64,000 nt of DNA from Trichinella spiralis (lineage: Eukaryota), in the NCBI RefSeq assembly GCF_000181795.1, contig NW_003526941.1:3969637-4033636 (forward strand), written 5' to 3'. Position 1 is the first letter of the stretch; every line of letters begins with the position of its first letter. Both the position numbers and the translations under genes were made by a program. Shown piece by piece: positions 1 to 14,241 of the stretch. The notes beneath the pieces were generated by a model. The model saw only the letters and a program-made list of their open reading frames with translations. It made no database searches and was not told the origin of the DNA.

Positions 1-654
1 ATCTGCAACTAATACAAATCTTTTTACTTTTACAATAAGGGAAACCCCACTGATTCCTGTATCATTACTGGGTAACAACATTACGCCGCTTTCTAATTTC
101 TAATGACGCAGAGCGCCATCAGTATGAATGGTAAAAATGTTGATGATGTAATCCATTCCTATAATGGCCAAAAGCTGTACTTACTTATTTTCTGATGCCA
201 CATTTAGAACGCATTGATGTAAACTTGATACACCATGTTGGCCAGAGCGACAGGAATTAGAAAACGCTTCGATTATGATGACGCCCTCTGCTAAATTCAA
301 TAACAAGCAGCATACAGTATCAAATATAAGTAGAATTAGAAATCATTAATAATAGTAACAGACTATGGAATAGTAGTTACTGATTTTTGTCATGCACATC
401 CTTCCCAAATGGTAGTTAGGGTTTCCTCCACAGTGCACAAAAAAGAAGTATAACAAACATCATTGAAAAAGTTCCACTGCATTTGCATAACCCATAGCTA
501 TAATATACTGCATCAAATTCATTCTTACTCTGAAGATGAAGTAAACCAGAAAGCGGAACTGTTGAGACACATGACTGCTCACGGTAGAAACAGAGCGATT
601 GTTAAACTAAAAAACAGTAATAAATAACACAAAGAAATAAAACATTCGATAAAG

Positions 655-3398
655 AAACATAGTTACATAGTTAGCATAGTTACCATATTTAATTAGTCTT
701 CAGAATCAGGTTGCTTCACATTCACCACATAAAATAATGTCAATTCTGAAAGTAAATTATATCACAAAATAAAAAACAAAGAACAAAGATAAAACAAACA
801 ATGGTGCTGATCGTGGTGCTATGCTACAAGGAAATAAACATAATTACAAACAAACAGGAGTGAAAAATTATAATGAGGCATAGTTACCATATTCAGTTCG
901 TTTATTGAATCTGATAGATTCATATTCATTCATATGAACATTAAAAAATGCCCATTCTGAAAGAAAATTATATCACAAAATAAAAAACAAAGAATTCCTT
1001 CTTCTTCAGCATGTGATGTACCTGAAAGTTAGCAATAACAACAATAGAAAAGAAACCCGCCAGTTTCCATTCACCATACATGTAACATAACATGCACAGC
1101 ATGCCACCACCAAAATATGAAATCCAACTTACCAGTCATTCATGGATGGTGTTGAAGAGCGGAATTATAGTTGACCACGTGCTAGATTGATAGCATTGCA
1201 ATGAACTGCATAGCCTAATAAAATCGATGTGCTTAGTCAATTGTATAATAAGTAAATTATGCAAATGATTATTTACTTTGCCTCAGGAAGATCAACCTAA
1301 TTTTCCATCAGTAATAGCGCAGTAAAATAAACATTACGAGCAACATTATGAAACGAGACGATGAAATTTATTACGTTTTTATTTACACACTTCCTATTAC
1401 TACGTAATATTGCATTGTTATGCAAATTTATTCCCTAAAATTACCTAAAACGTAAACTTATTAACATGAAGCATCGCAAATTACTAAAAATAAACGGAAA
1501 TGCTATCACTGCGTATTTATGCATGTTGTGTAATTTAGTTGCTTGAAAGTACAAGGTGATTCAATAATTTATATTTTATCAATGCGTTTCTTCTAATCAA
1601 AATTATATGGATAATAAAAAAATAGCTTCCATTGAAAATAGTTTCGAAAATAAAATACGTTTTCAGATTTATGGAAAATTAAAGTTGTCATGAAATTTTA
1701 TGATAATAAGAACTGCGACAGAAATTTTATAAGATATAATTTATCTCAGCACAGAATTAACAAGTGCGCAGCGTAGACATAATGATGGTAAGCGGCTGCT
1801 CCAGTGGATATGCCGGTTGACAGCTCATCTAAACTTTTGTTTGCACCTTATGATTTATGACAAGATTGCAAACTTCGTTGAGCACTGCACCACTGCGCTT
1901 CATACACTGTAAGATAAACCTACTCGCAGAAATTCAGTAACTGAACGATTTGCAATGAATTCAAGAAACTTATGCAGGTGACAATTCTGCATTGCATTCT
2001 ATGAAAAGAATAAAACAAAAGAATNNNNNNNNNNAAACATAGTACCATAGTAGCATAGGTACATATTAATAGTCTCAGAATCAGGTTGCTTCACATTCAC
2101 CACATAAAAATAATGTCAATTCTGAAAGTAAATTATATCACAAAATAAAAAACAAAGAACAAAGATAAAACAAACAATGGTGCTGATCGTGGTGCTATGC
2201 TACAAGGAAATAAACATAATTACACACAAACAGGAGTGAAAAATTATAATGAGGCATAGTTACCATATTCAGTTCGTTTATGATCTGATAGATTCATATT
2301 CATTCATATGAACATTAAAAAATGCCCATTCTGAAAGAAAATTATATCACAAAATAAAAAACAAAGAATTCCTTCTTCTTCAGCATGTGATGTACCTGAA
2401 AGTTAGCAATAACAACAATAGAAAAGAAACCCGCCAGTTTCCATTCACCATACATGTAACATAACATGCACAGCATGCCACCATCAAACTAACAAATCGA
2501 ACTTACCAGTCATTCATGGATGGTGTTGAAGAGCGGAATTATAGTTGACCACGTGCTAGATTGATAGCATTGCAATGAACTGCATAGCCTAATAAAATCG
2601 ATGTGCTTAGTCAATTGTATAATAAGTAAATTATGCAAATGACTATTTACTTTGCCTCAGGAAGATCAACCTAATTTTCCATCAGTAATAGCGCAGTAAA
2701 ATAAACATTACGAGCAACATTATGAAACGAGACGATGAAATTTATTACGTTTTTATTTACACGCTTCCTATTACTACGCAATATTGCATTGTTATGCAAA
2801 TTTCTTCCCTAAAATTACCTAAAACGTAAACTTATTAACATGAAGCATCGCAAATTACTAAAAATAAACGGAAATGCTATCACTGCGTATTTATGATGTT
2901 GTGTAATTTAGTTGCTTGAAAGTACAAGGTGATTCAATAATTTATATTTTATCAATGCGTTTCTTCTAATCAAAATTATATGGATAATAAAAAAAATAGC
3001 TTCCATTGAAAATAGTTTCGAAAATAAAATACGTTTTCAGATTTATGGAAAATTAAAGTTGTCATGAAATTTTATGATAATAAGAACTGCGACAGAAATT
3101 TTATAAGATACAATTTATCTCAGCACAGAATTAACAAGTGCGCAGCGTAGACATGATGGTAAGCGGCTGCTCCAGTGGATATGCCGGTTGACAGCTCATC
3201 TAAACTTTTGTTTGCACCTTATGATTTATGGCAAGATTGCAAACTTCGTTGAGCACTGCACCACTGCGCTTCATACACTGTAAGATAAACCTACTCGCAG
3301 AAATTCAGTAACTGAACGATTTGCAATGAATTCAAGAAACTTATGCAGGTGACAATTCTGCATTGCATTTCTATGAAAAAGAATNAAAACAAAAGAAT
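655..3398. repeat. Direct duplication 655-2024 / 2035-3398 across a 10-N gap
   Basis: The copies are near-identical and abut the gap at 2025-2034. Sequence next to the gap shows dropped bases typical of read ends, and there are a few internal SNPs and indels. Confidence 0.9.
676..993 (-). pseudogene. Tandemly duplicated small exon unit (~205 bp period) of a decayed minus-strand gene
   Basis: Two copies of tttcag|exon|gtaactatg. One copy is open (WAFFNVHMNEYESIRFNKRTEY); the aligned frame of the other has two TGA stops. The unit recurs in the 2035-3398 copy. Confidence 0.4.
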
Positions 3399-4351
3399 CA
3401 GAAGTAGCCTGGANTTTGGNTTATATTGNCTAGTNCGAGANGCAATTATGAGAAATTAGATTTATNATGNAGGATAAAAATCAGCTAAGTTGCTGTTCAT
3501 TTCAGCTTCGAAATTAGAGGGGTGGGGCACTCTGTTAAGCGTTAGTATTACTACGAGCTCAAGTGATGGGGGATCATCAGAAAGGAATAGGAGGGCGGGA
3601 CAGTATAGCAGGAAGGAATGAGTAAGAAGTTGAAGGATGGAGGAGTTGGAAGTTGAAAGTGGTGGAAGTTATTTATCAATACTGACAACATTGATGGGCG
3701 CTGAGTTATTTTNCTCAAATAACAGAAAATAGGGGCATCTGTATAAGTCAGTGCTATTGGCGGTACAATGGATCATAATAAAAACTTTAAAGAAGTCATT
3801 TCCAAAAATGAAGGGGAACGTTTACTGCCATTTCTGGAAAGTATCAAAGGGTGGTAGTATAAAAGTGTTTTTTCTAGCTAACAGCAGCTTTCCTATGTCA
3901 TGCTGAAACAACCTTGTGCACGATATGAGAAGTGACAAGCATTTAAGGGTGCGACTGTGCGACTGCNNTATCCCGGTGACAGACATTTCCTTTAAACAAT
4001 TGGGCAAGTATGTTACTTTACCAATAAACATTACAGTGGGCAGTAAACATAATGCGGGAAGGGTTCAACTGCTATGTCAGAGTACTACTTTACAAATTGA
4101 TTTGTAAGGACGATTGAAAATTATAGCAAAATACACCATTAGTACTATTATATATTTAGCTTGTCCGTAATAAAAGTCTCGAATATTAGTTGAACATCAT
4201 TACTGATAGCACAACGCGTTAGTTTCCATTCAAAAAGACTAAAATCAAACTACTAGGAAAAGCTTTATACGCGGGCATGTTTAGTGCAGTATGTCAAGAG
4301 AATGAAAGAAAACATTGTATGAAAAAATAGCAAATACGTAAAAATTCATAC

Positions 4352-4433
4352 CTGTCAGCAGACCTGCCAGGAATGACGTATAAAGCAAACGTAGAACCAA
4401 ACATTTACCAACTGATGTTCGTGGTTTCATCAT
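4352..4433 (-). other. Putative signal-peptide-like first coding exon, copy 1
   Basis: MMKPRTSVGKCLVLRLLYTSFLAGLLT followed by a G|gtatga donor, with a tttcag acceptor upstream. Confidence 0.35.
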
Positions 4434-5649
4434 ATTTTCAGTCCAACAATCACAACGCATTTGTTGAACTGAAACATGAAAATGACCAAATAACGCAATG
4501 CAGTAAGTAATTAGACCGCCGTTCAGCAGCGAACATTTATTCTATAATGGAGTGCCCTCAATAAACAGAAAATTTATANAANGGNAACATTNGCTACCGC
4601 ATTTTGAAGNGGCACNNNGTGCGACGTAACAGGAATGCCCAACGGGCCAATGTTTAACCATCACATTAGCATAAAGTTACTCTGCTGACCCTAGANAATG
4701 CATGTATGCTTTGAAAAACGTATAACACTGGCAATGAGCCAGCACCGAAAGATTATAATAATTGCTGAACAACAACAAAACCCTCAAAACGTTACAGATC
4801 AAAGCCACTATCTATCACAAATAATATTATGGCGTAAATTAAAGAAGTATAAAATAGTGCCTTACGTTAATGGGGTTGTACTAGCACGATAATAATACTT
4901 TGCAGTGTTCAGCAAAATTCATTCATTAATTTAAAGGAACTGAGTGTTTAGTGTACGTTTCAATCATTTTGAAACAGCGCAGCGATGAACTGTATATCTA
5001 GAGGGAAAATTTCGTTTTACAAGTCTTTCAATTTTTGTGCTTACTAAAATCAAAAAGCACGTAACTAGTTAAACATACATGCATTATTCATAAAAAATAC
5101 CAGAAAAATGTTTTAATATTAAAGTGCTACCTTGATGCAGTTTCTTTCATTTACACTCTTGTCACGCACCGCAGCAATTAATAGAATATCACTCAAAATA
5201 TTGACCATGCATACAGCATTCACCTTTCCATGATTTTCCTTATAACCTTCTTATCAGTGATTTGACTATCATCTTTCTTTATACTTCGTTATTTTTAATT
5301 AATAATAATATTTCGATGATTTTAATCGAGAAATATACTTAAGAAATTTTACTGCATTCCACAGGATTGCAAACAGAATTATATTTAACGGGAATACAAT
5401 TTAAAAATGCATCAAATTAAATTTGCATATAAGCCCATTTACTGAATACATTTAGTGCTTCATGTTGTTGCATGAAGGAACGGTTCTTCGTTTTCAAAGA
5501 TGATTTATGCTTCACCATAGGAAAAGCATTCAGTTTCGCCAGCTGCTTTTTATTACGACCCACGTGAGTCCCCTGTAACTTCTGCTTGCTATAACTGCAC
5601 GCATCACGATCAGTTTCTGAAGGTGCCTTTCTTGCTTGATGATGTTGAC

Positions 5650-7500
5650 TGATTCTGAATACGTGGTGAGGAGAACTGCGGGAGAAAATCCCAACATGAA
5701 TAGGTAGTGAAGGTTGTGGCGGGCTTTATACTACTCAGAATGGATGGAGAAGCAAGAAACGGGCGGGTGTCGCATTATGAATGGGTGGGGAGGTAAGGCA
5801 AAGCGTGTATAACACACTTAACAACTGGAGGCGGGGTTGCGGAGGGATACTTCACTACGAAAGGCAGTAGGAGATGTGTCGAGCGGGTACAACACTTTGT
5901 ATAGATGGTGAAGGGATTGCCGTGGGCCTTATTGCACTCAGAATGGATGGTGGAGGGATTGACGAGCTGGTATACCGCATTGATAGGTTAATGGAGGGGT
6001 GGTGAGCAAGTAAACCGCTCTGAATGGATGGTGTAGGTGTGGCAGGGCGTATATAACTCTCTTAATAAATAGAAGAGGAGTTGCGGAAGAGTACATCACT
6101 CTGAAAGGCTGCTGGAGTTGTGGCGAGCAAGTAGACCACTCTGAATGGATAATGGAGGGATTGGGGGGGGGGGATTGGGTTTACAACTCTGAATGGGTGG
6201 TGGAGGGGTGCGGACGGGGATATTATTCAATATGGATGGTGACGTGGTGAGTGGGTGCATGTAGCACTCTGAATGGGTGGAGAAAATAGTGCCGGGTGGG
6301 TACACTTCTTTGAATCAGAGATGGATGTGTTTCAGACGAGCATACCACTGTGATTAGGTGGAGGAAATGTGTCGAGCGTGTATACCAATATGAATTGGGG
6401 GTGGAGGTGTGCCAGTCGTGTGTACCACACCTGACAAAGCGTATAACACTCAGAATGTGTTTTGGGGTGAGTGGCTGGCGGGTAAAGAACTCTTGATAGA
6501 TGATGGACTGGAGGCGGTCAGAAATACAACGCTGAATAACTGGTCGAAGGTTTAACGTTCAGGTTCAGAACTCTGAATAGCCATGGAAAAGGTGGTGGGC
6601 GGGTGTTCCACTCTGATGAGGTGGAAATATGGTGAGCAGGTATACAACACTGAATTGATGCTGGAGGGGTGTGGGGCAGGTATACTGATCCTAAGGAGTT
6701 ATGAAGGGAATGGTGAAAAGGTGCATCAGAGTGAATGGATGTTGTTCGGGCTGGCCTGTCAGTAGGTTGTGGAGTGAGTGGACGACGGGTAAACAACTCT
6801 GTGTGGTGGACTGGTGGCTAAAGGATATGCAACAGCAAATGAATAGCACAGGGATTGGCGTTCGGGTTCACAACTCTGAATAGATGGTGGAAGGCAGGAG
6901 GTGGTATTGCAATGCGATTGTGCGGTGGAAATGTGGTGAGCGGGTATATAACTCAGAATTGGTACTGGAGGGATGTGGGGACGGTATAAAGCTACTAAGG
7001 AGTGGTGAATGAAGTGGTAGATAGGTGCATCATTGTGAATGGATATTGGATGAGCGCGCCAGCTGTATACCGCTCTGAATGCATTGTGGAATGAGTGGAC
7101 ATCGGGTATACAACAGTTGAAGTGTTATGGACTGGGGGCGGACGGTTACAGATGGCCGAATAATTGCTCTAGCGATTGGTTGGACTTCGCTTCACGTTCA
7201 GCTTCACAACTCTGAATAGGTGGTGGAGGGAAGGAGGGCGCGTATCGCACTGCGATTATGTGGTGGGAATGTGGTGAGCATCCATACAACTCAGAATTCA
7301 TGATGGAGGTGTGGGTCGGGTGTACCACACCTGATGAGTGGTAGATGGAGAAGTAGGAAGGTGCAGTGTGAATGGTTGCTGGATGGGCGGTCCGGCCGTA
7401 TACCACTCTAAATGCATTGTGCAATGAGTGGACAGCGTGTATACAACAATTGATGGGTGATGGACTGGGGGCGGGCGGGTATACAGGGCAAGGCGGCAAA
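5650..7500. repeat. Degenerate ~40-bp G-rich tandem repeat with a ~300-340 bp higher-order period in its right half
   Basis: Approximate consensus by eye is CACTCTGAATGGATGGTGGAGGTGTGGCGAGCGGGTATAC; an example unit is 6097-6136. Higher-order blocks begin near 6562, 6864 and 7199. Confidence 0.85.
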
Positions 7501-8167
7501 GGAAGAAGGAATGAAGTTGTCAGATGCGCTCTTCGACTCAATCTTCACGTATAATATTCAGGCGTAGCTTCATTTATCAATACTACCAACATTGATGGGC
7601 ATTGAGTTATTTTCTCAATGACATAAAGAAGGGGCATCTGTATAAGTCAGTGCTATTGGCAGTACAAAAACATAATAGAAACTTTAAGGAGTTATTTCAA
7701 AATTGAAGGGAACGTTACTGCCATTCTGAAAGTATCAAAAGTGGTAGTATAAAAGTGTGTTCACTAGCTAACAGCAGCTTTCCTATGTCATGCTGAAACA
7801 ATCTTGCGCACGATTTGAGCAGTGACAAGCATTTAAGGGTGCGATTGTGCGACTGCAGCATCCCGGTGACAGACATTTCCTTTAAACAACTGGGCAAGTA
7901 TGTTACCTTAGCAATAAACATTACAGTGGGCGGTAAAGATAATGTGTTAGTGGTTCAACTGCTATGGTCCATAATAACCTTACCAAATGGAATTGTTAAG
8001 GACTATTTGAAATTATAGCACAATACACCCCTAGTACATTATATATTAGCCTTGGCCGCTAATAAANNNNNNNNNNAGCTTTATACGCGGGCATGTTTAG
8101 TGCAGTATGTCAAGAGAATGAAAGAAAACATTGTATGAAAAAATAGCAAATACGTAAAAATTCATAC

Positions 8168-8249
8168 CTGTCAGCAGACCTGCCAGGAATGACGTATAAA
8201 GCAAACGTCGAGCCAAACATTTACCAACTGATGTCCGTGGTTTCATCAT
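8168..8249 (-). other. Putative signal-peptide-like first coding exon, copy 2
   Basis: MMKPRTSVGKCLARRLLYTSFLAGLLT followed by G|gtatga, with an in-frame stop just upstream of the ATG. Confidence 0.35.
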
Positions 8250-9599
8250 ATTTTCAGTCTAACGATCACAACGTATTTGTTGAACTGAACCATGATAATG
8301 ACCAAATAACGCAATGCAGAAAGTAATTAGACCGCTCTTCAGCAGCGAATATTAATATAATAGTGCAGTTCTCTCAGTAAGCAGAAATTTATATAAGGAA
8401 CATTGCTTCCGCATTTGCATAGCACAAAGTGCACGTAGCAGAATGCCAACGGCAGTGCTTACCATCACATTAGCATAAAGTTATTCTGCTGACCTAGAAA
8501 TGCATGTATGCTTTGAAAACGTATAACAATGTAATGAGCCAACACCAAAGATTATAGTAATTGCTGAACAACAACAAAATCCTCAATACGCTACAGATGA
8601 AAGTCTCTGTATATCACAAATAATATTATGGCGTAAATTAAAGAAGTATAAAATAAATTGTGCTAAACATGTTGTATGCTTACTTTGTTTTATACTCAGA
8701 AAACAATCTCCGCGACCGTTGATTGAAAATCACACAAACAACAAGATATGAGATAGAACTTTACAGTATTAACAATAATATAGCTTCACACATCTAGAAG
8801 CCATTGTATAGCCGAAATGAAGAAAATTAAATACAGTTATTATTTAAGTGTGAAAGCAAAAGTTTGGTCAAATTATTTCATCACTGTTAGGCGCGTCTCG
8901 TTAACATGCAAATTTTCATGCGTTGGCCTTACCGTTTGTTTGTTTAGCAGTTATAGCTCTCCACAAGCGTCGGCTTCTAATATATATGAAACTTCTTTTG
9001 ATAGAATTTTTTCAGCAATTCCGTGATCCTTAGTGGTGATAATTGTTATTATTGTAATGATGTATCAGGCATATTGCTTTTAGTGAGATTTTAGATTCAC
9101 AGTCGTGAAAATTTTTCTTTGCTTAACGTAATCAAAAGTAGGCACAGTAAAACTTGTTTACCGCAAAATGTACGCAAATTTTTGTTCAAATTCTATGTAT
9201 ACGCTGACGTCGCTTCAGATTCAGTGGTTGTTGGCGTACGGTGAGCAGTGGGAGTGCATTGACGTAAAATTGCAAAATTGAATCTATTAACAGAATACTA
9301 AATAAATTAAATGACAGACCTGGAAAATTGAAATTAATTTAAAGCGGTGTTCAGCAATTTTTATGGAAAATTTAAAATTAATTAAAATACTCAACAAGTA
9401 GTGGAAGTGCAAAATGAACCGTAATTCATTTTGAATGCACGAGGTAGGTAGGATTACGCAACTGGATACAACAGATTCAGAGTAGGCAAATTTAAGATGC
9501 TGATTCAAAATGCACAGTAATATTGAGTGTAATGTATGACAGCAATTTGGTCATTCATAGGACATCGAGAACTGGATCACAAATGGTGATAACTTTCAG

Positions 9600-10437
9600 C
9601 CATGAAACATCCCTGACATTTGATTTCGACTACATGCAAGCGGTTCGTAGTGTGCGAACCACTGACGGTGGATCAGAGTGTACGATCCACCGTGGGTAAA
9701 AATCGCAAACGCAAATCAGGACGGCAGGTTCGAGTGTCGAAGATGTCGATCTCGAAGCCTGAAGTCCAAGTAGCAAGGCGGTGGTTGGGAATAAGAGAGG
9801 CGGAACGGTCGTGCCGTACACGTAGCCACCGCAACCATGAACCTTTTTACAAAGAAGAAACGTACTAGAAAGATCCGTAGAAAACACAAAGTAAACAATT
9901 AAAAATGAGCAACTTACCCTTCCCTGTATGAAATTCATAAAATTGCGAAATCTGCCCCACCCTCATGGTGTCAGGAAAGGAGCGGCAACCCGGTAACCAC
10001 CCCTGAACTTAGGGACTTAGCGTGAAAAACTCCTTCGTTAAAAAACAAGGCAACATGCCAAAACTCTCCCCCACTCAACTGTCCAGGCAAAATGCAATAT
10101 CTCCCTTCACCAAGCGGAGAAAAACACTAACTCCCCACACATCCAAGGTGGGCAAAGAACTTCAACGTCACGACAATGACAACTGACAAATAATGCGTTC
10201 CACAGTGTAAGCGATATATTCACTTGAACACTTTACAAAAGAGACTAAGAGACAAGAGAAAATTGACTTTACAAGATAAAAGTGCTTTCGTCATTCAGCA
10301 ACTGGGTGAGATCTGTAAGTGTGCGCGATTCGGTGCTGAGAACGGACAAAGATGCAGCTCTTATGTTAGCCGTTACTACTGAACTGTACTTTACTTATTA
10401 CAGTCGTATTTTGTACTGTATTAATTTTTGCTGTACA
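9600..10437. mobile_element. Possible decayed LTR-retrotransposon remnant(s)
   Basis: GC-richer island. CA is followed by TGGTGTCAGGA (9966-9976), which resembles a tRNA-Leu primer-binding site. A TGTA...TACA-bounded 232-bp segment lies at 10206-10437. No TSD and no gag/pol ORF seen. Confidence 0.3.
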
Positions 10438-11070
10438 TTTAATTGTTCCCTGTTTAATAATGAAAGATAGCTTTTTAACACTGATTCCAGAAATTTTGCA
10501 TTCCATTCTCAAACGAATGTCGTAAAAGTTATTTGAAACTAATTTTCAAATATACCGTAATTGCAAAACAGTTTTGAAGTTCATTGTTATTTAATATCAT
10601 TTTGGAAAATGTATTTCAATAATATAAAATTTAATAAGAATTGCAACATCAAATACTGCAGCTGTACGCAGTCAGACATCGTTAACTGAAAAATCCGTGA
10701 GCTGTGCACAGAGAAGTAAGAAAAGCATCTATATCTGAGCAAATCATATGGAAAAGCACTTAACCCAATGAAAGAAAAAAAAATCAATAAAAGAACGCGA
10801 CCAGAAATGAGTCCCAAATTATTTCAAAAAAAAACATGCATAAATAAGAATTCATAACGCCGTTATGGTCAATTTTATTGAGATGTTTAAACTTTAATAT
10901 TCACATTAACGTTCACAAGCAAACCCAGAAGTTGAATCTTAAACTGTTCGAAATAATATACTTCGTAAAGAAAACTTTTAAAAAAAATCACAAAAACGTA
11001 AAAGTACAAAATGGCACAACACGGAGAGCGAAAAATGTTACCTCCATCTGCACTGCAGTGAAAGAAAATT

Positions 11071-12102
<1,032 letters not shown>

Positions 12103-14210
12103 TCTTCAAAAAAAGCAAAATTATTATTAGTAAAATGCAATGATTCGTGTTAAAAAATAATAAAACAATTTGAACATAAAACTAAAACTCTAATTTGAAT
12201 AACCATGCAATAATATATGCATTATTTTAAGATACAAAAATAGCACCAGTTGAGTATTAATCAAAAGAACGCTGGTACATGATAATAATACTTCACATAA
12301 AAAAGATAATTCAACTTGTCAGTCATTTAGAACAATAAAAGCCGGCGTCAAATTTGGATCGAGTAAACTGTATTTAGAACATGAAAACATATTACCATGA
12401 TGAAAATAAAATACTGCATACAAAATGTTCCATTAAAAATTTATAAACAAATGATCGTGATTGAAATTAATCATTCCATTGCATAATTCAATGTTCAATC
12501 ATACTGTACCTGATTCACCTGATTTTTCATAAACGGTAGTGCTCACGAGAGAAAGTGTTCCATGAAAATTGTAACGTTCGTGAATGAATTAGAAAGATTA
12601 AACAATTTAACAAAACCCAAGCGATACGAAAATCTCACCCAAAACTGGTGAGTGACATAGCTTCAAACATTAAGCATGTTTTGAAACAACTTATTTTTGG
12701 TAAAACACTGTGAATCAAACAATACTACTAAAAATGTTGTGAATTGGTATAAACAGAAAAAAGTGATTAGAAAATGATTACGTTCAGCAATAAGACAATG
12801 ATAAATATGAATGAATATAACTAAAACAAGAAGAAACGAAGTAATAACCAACAACTGAAATAGATACAACTAAAATATACGTGTAGGTGCTAATGAAGTC
12901 AACAAATTGAAACAAAAGTCTTCATGCAAACACTAAGAACTACCAGTTATGACCAATGAAAAAGCTGTGCTACGTTGAAAAGCTGAGAAAAAAGCATCGA
13001 TAAAATTAAAATACAAAATAAGTTGCACAGAATATGATACATTAAGCACACAAGCATTTGCAGAGCATATTGCAAATAAATACATTGAAATTCATGCACA
13101 TAACAACCAAGAACATAACAGTATTGGAAAGAAAAAGCACTGCTTCGATTAATTATTTTCACAACTGCAGTGTGATTTCACATTCTTGTAACTTCGATAA
13201 TGCCAACGTCGCGTTACATTATGCGCGTAATTTCGTTAAACGAAATATATTATAAAGATATTTGACGAATATAATGGAAACACTTAAAATTCACTGCACG
13301 TTTTCATTCCTGGTTAAACAGACTAATCATCGATCAGTTTGTAAAAATTTACAGCATCTGTTACACAGAAAGTACGAATACAAATAAACACGTTTATTTT
13401 GTTACTCTTATAATAACAGCATAAAGCTAAATGTAGAAATGATTTATTTTAAATATTTATCATGCAGAATAGATTAAATATAAAACAATCGGCTTTACTC
13501 ACCTGATCGGAGACAAAGGACGCAAATCACGATTGTGGCGCTATCCTATTACAGTATACATTTGTAACCTTGCTTTTCTTTTTCACGTTTAATAGAAAAT
13601 TGCTTCTAAATAAACGTTGCGATAATATTGGAAGCATTTCAATTTTCATTCAAATTCTTTCGATTTCTACAGAAAAATAAATGCACAAGTTTTTAATAAA
13701 AATAATAATAAAATTGTAAAATGATTCTCAAAAGTGGACAGAATGTTCACATACATGTTAATACCGCATTTTCAGGTGTGCATTTTCAATTCTTTAAGAA
13801 TTTTTTTTAACTTAAGATAATTTTTAAATACTTTTCTTGTTTAACAAAATAAATGATCAAGTCAATCATCTGTTTGTTCGAACGTCACTGCTAGTGATGA
13901 TTTATTTGCTTTGCTTTCAAGAATGACAACTAAAAAAATGCAGATGCAAAAGCAAAACTGAAACTCACCATTCACACCATCTGCGAGCAGAATTATCTAC
14001 TCCATAGCACTCGATTGTTAATAAATTTCAATTGACTTTATTTTGTTGTACAGAACACTGAAATATATTTTATACTTGACTACCGCTTGGCAAATAGCAG
14101 AGTTGAAATGAAATAATTCAACGTCAAATTGCCCGACACGACATATGACACAAGTGGAATTTTTCAACAATGAAAAAAAAAGAAGAATAATAAATAAACT
14201 TACGCCAAGC

Positions 14211-14239
<29 letters not shown>
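14211..14239. repeat. (ATA)n microsatellite
   Basis: Read directly. Confidence 0.9.

Positions 14240-14241
<2 letters not shown>

Larger units (their letters stand above)
3671..8655. repeat. Diverged direct segmental duplication, ~3671-4856 vs ~7572-8655
   Basis: Homologous ORFs 3822-4031 vs 7715-7921 and 3916-4107 vs 7815-8018 carry many substitutions. They are clearly more diverged than the gap-flanking duplicates. Confidence 0.85.

Noticed and set aside
5650..7500. Regularly spaced ACTCTGAAT cores with variable intervening sequence resemble a CRISPR array
   Set aside because: The context is eukaryotic, the intervening sequences are homologous to each other, the cores are degenerate and there are no cas genes. 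It is a decayed minisatellite.
12663..13162. Hydrophobic minus-strand ORFs with some splice-like sites
   Set aside because: I could not build a coherent model. T-rich non-coding DNA gives such translations.
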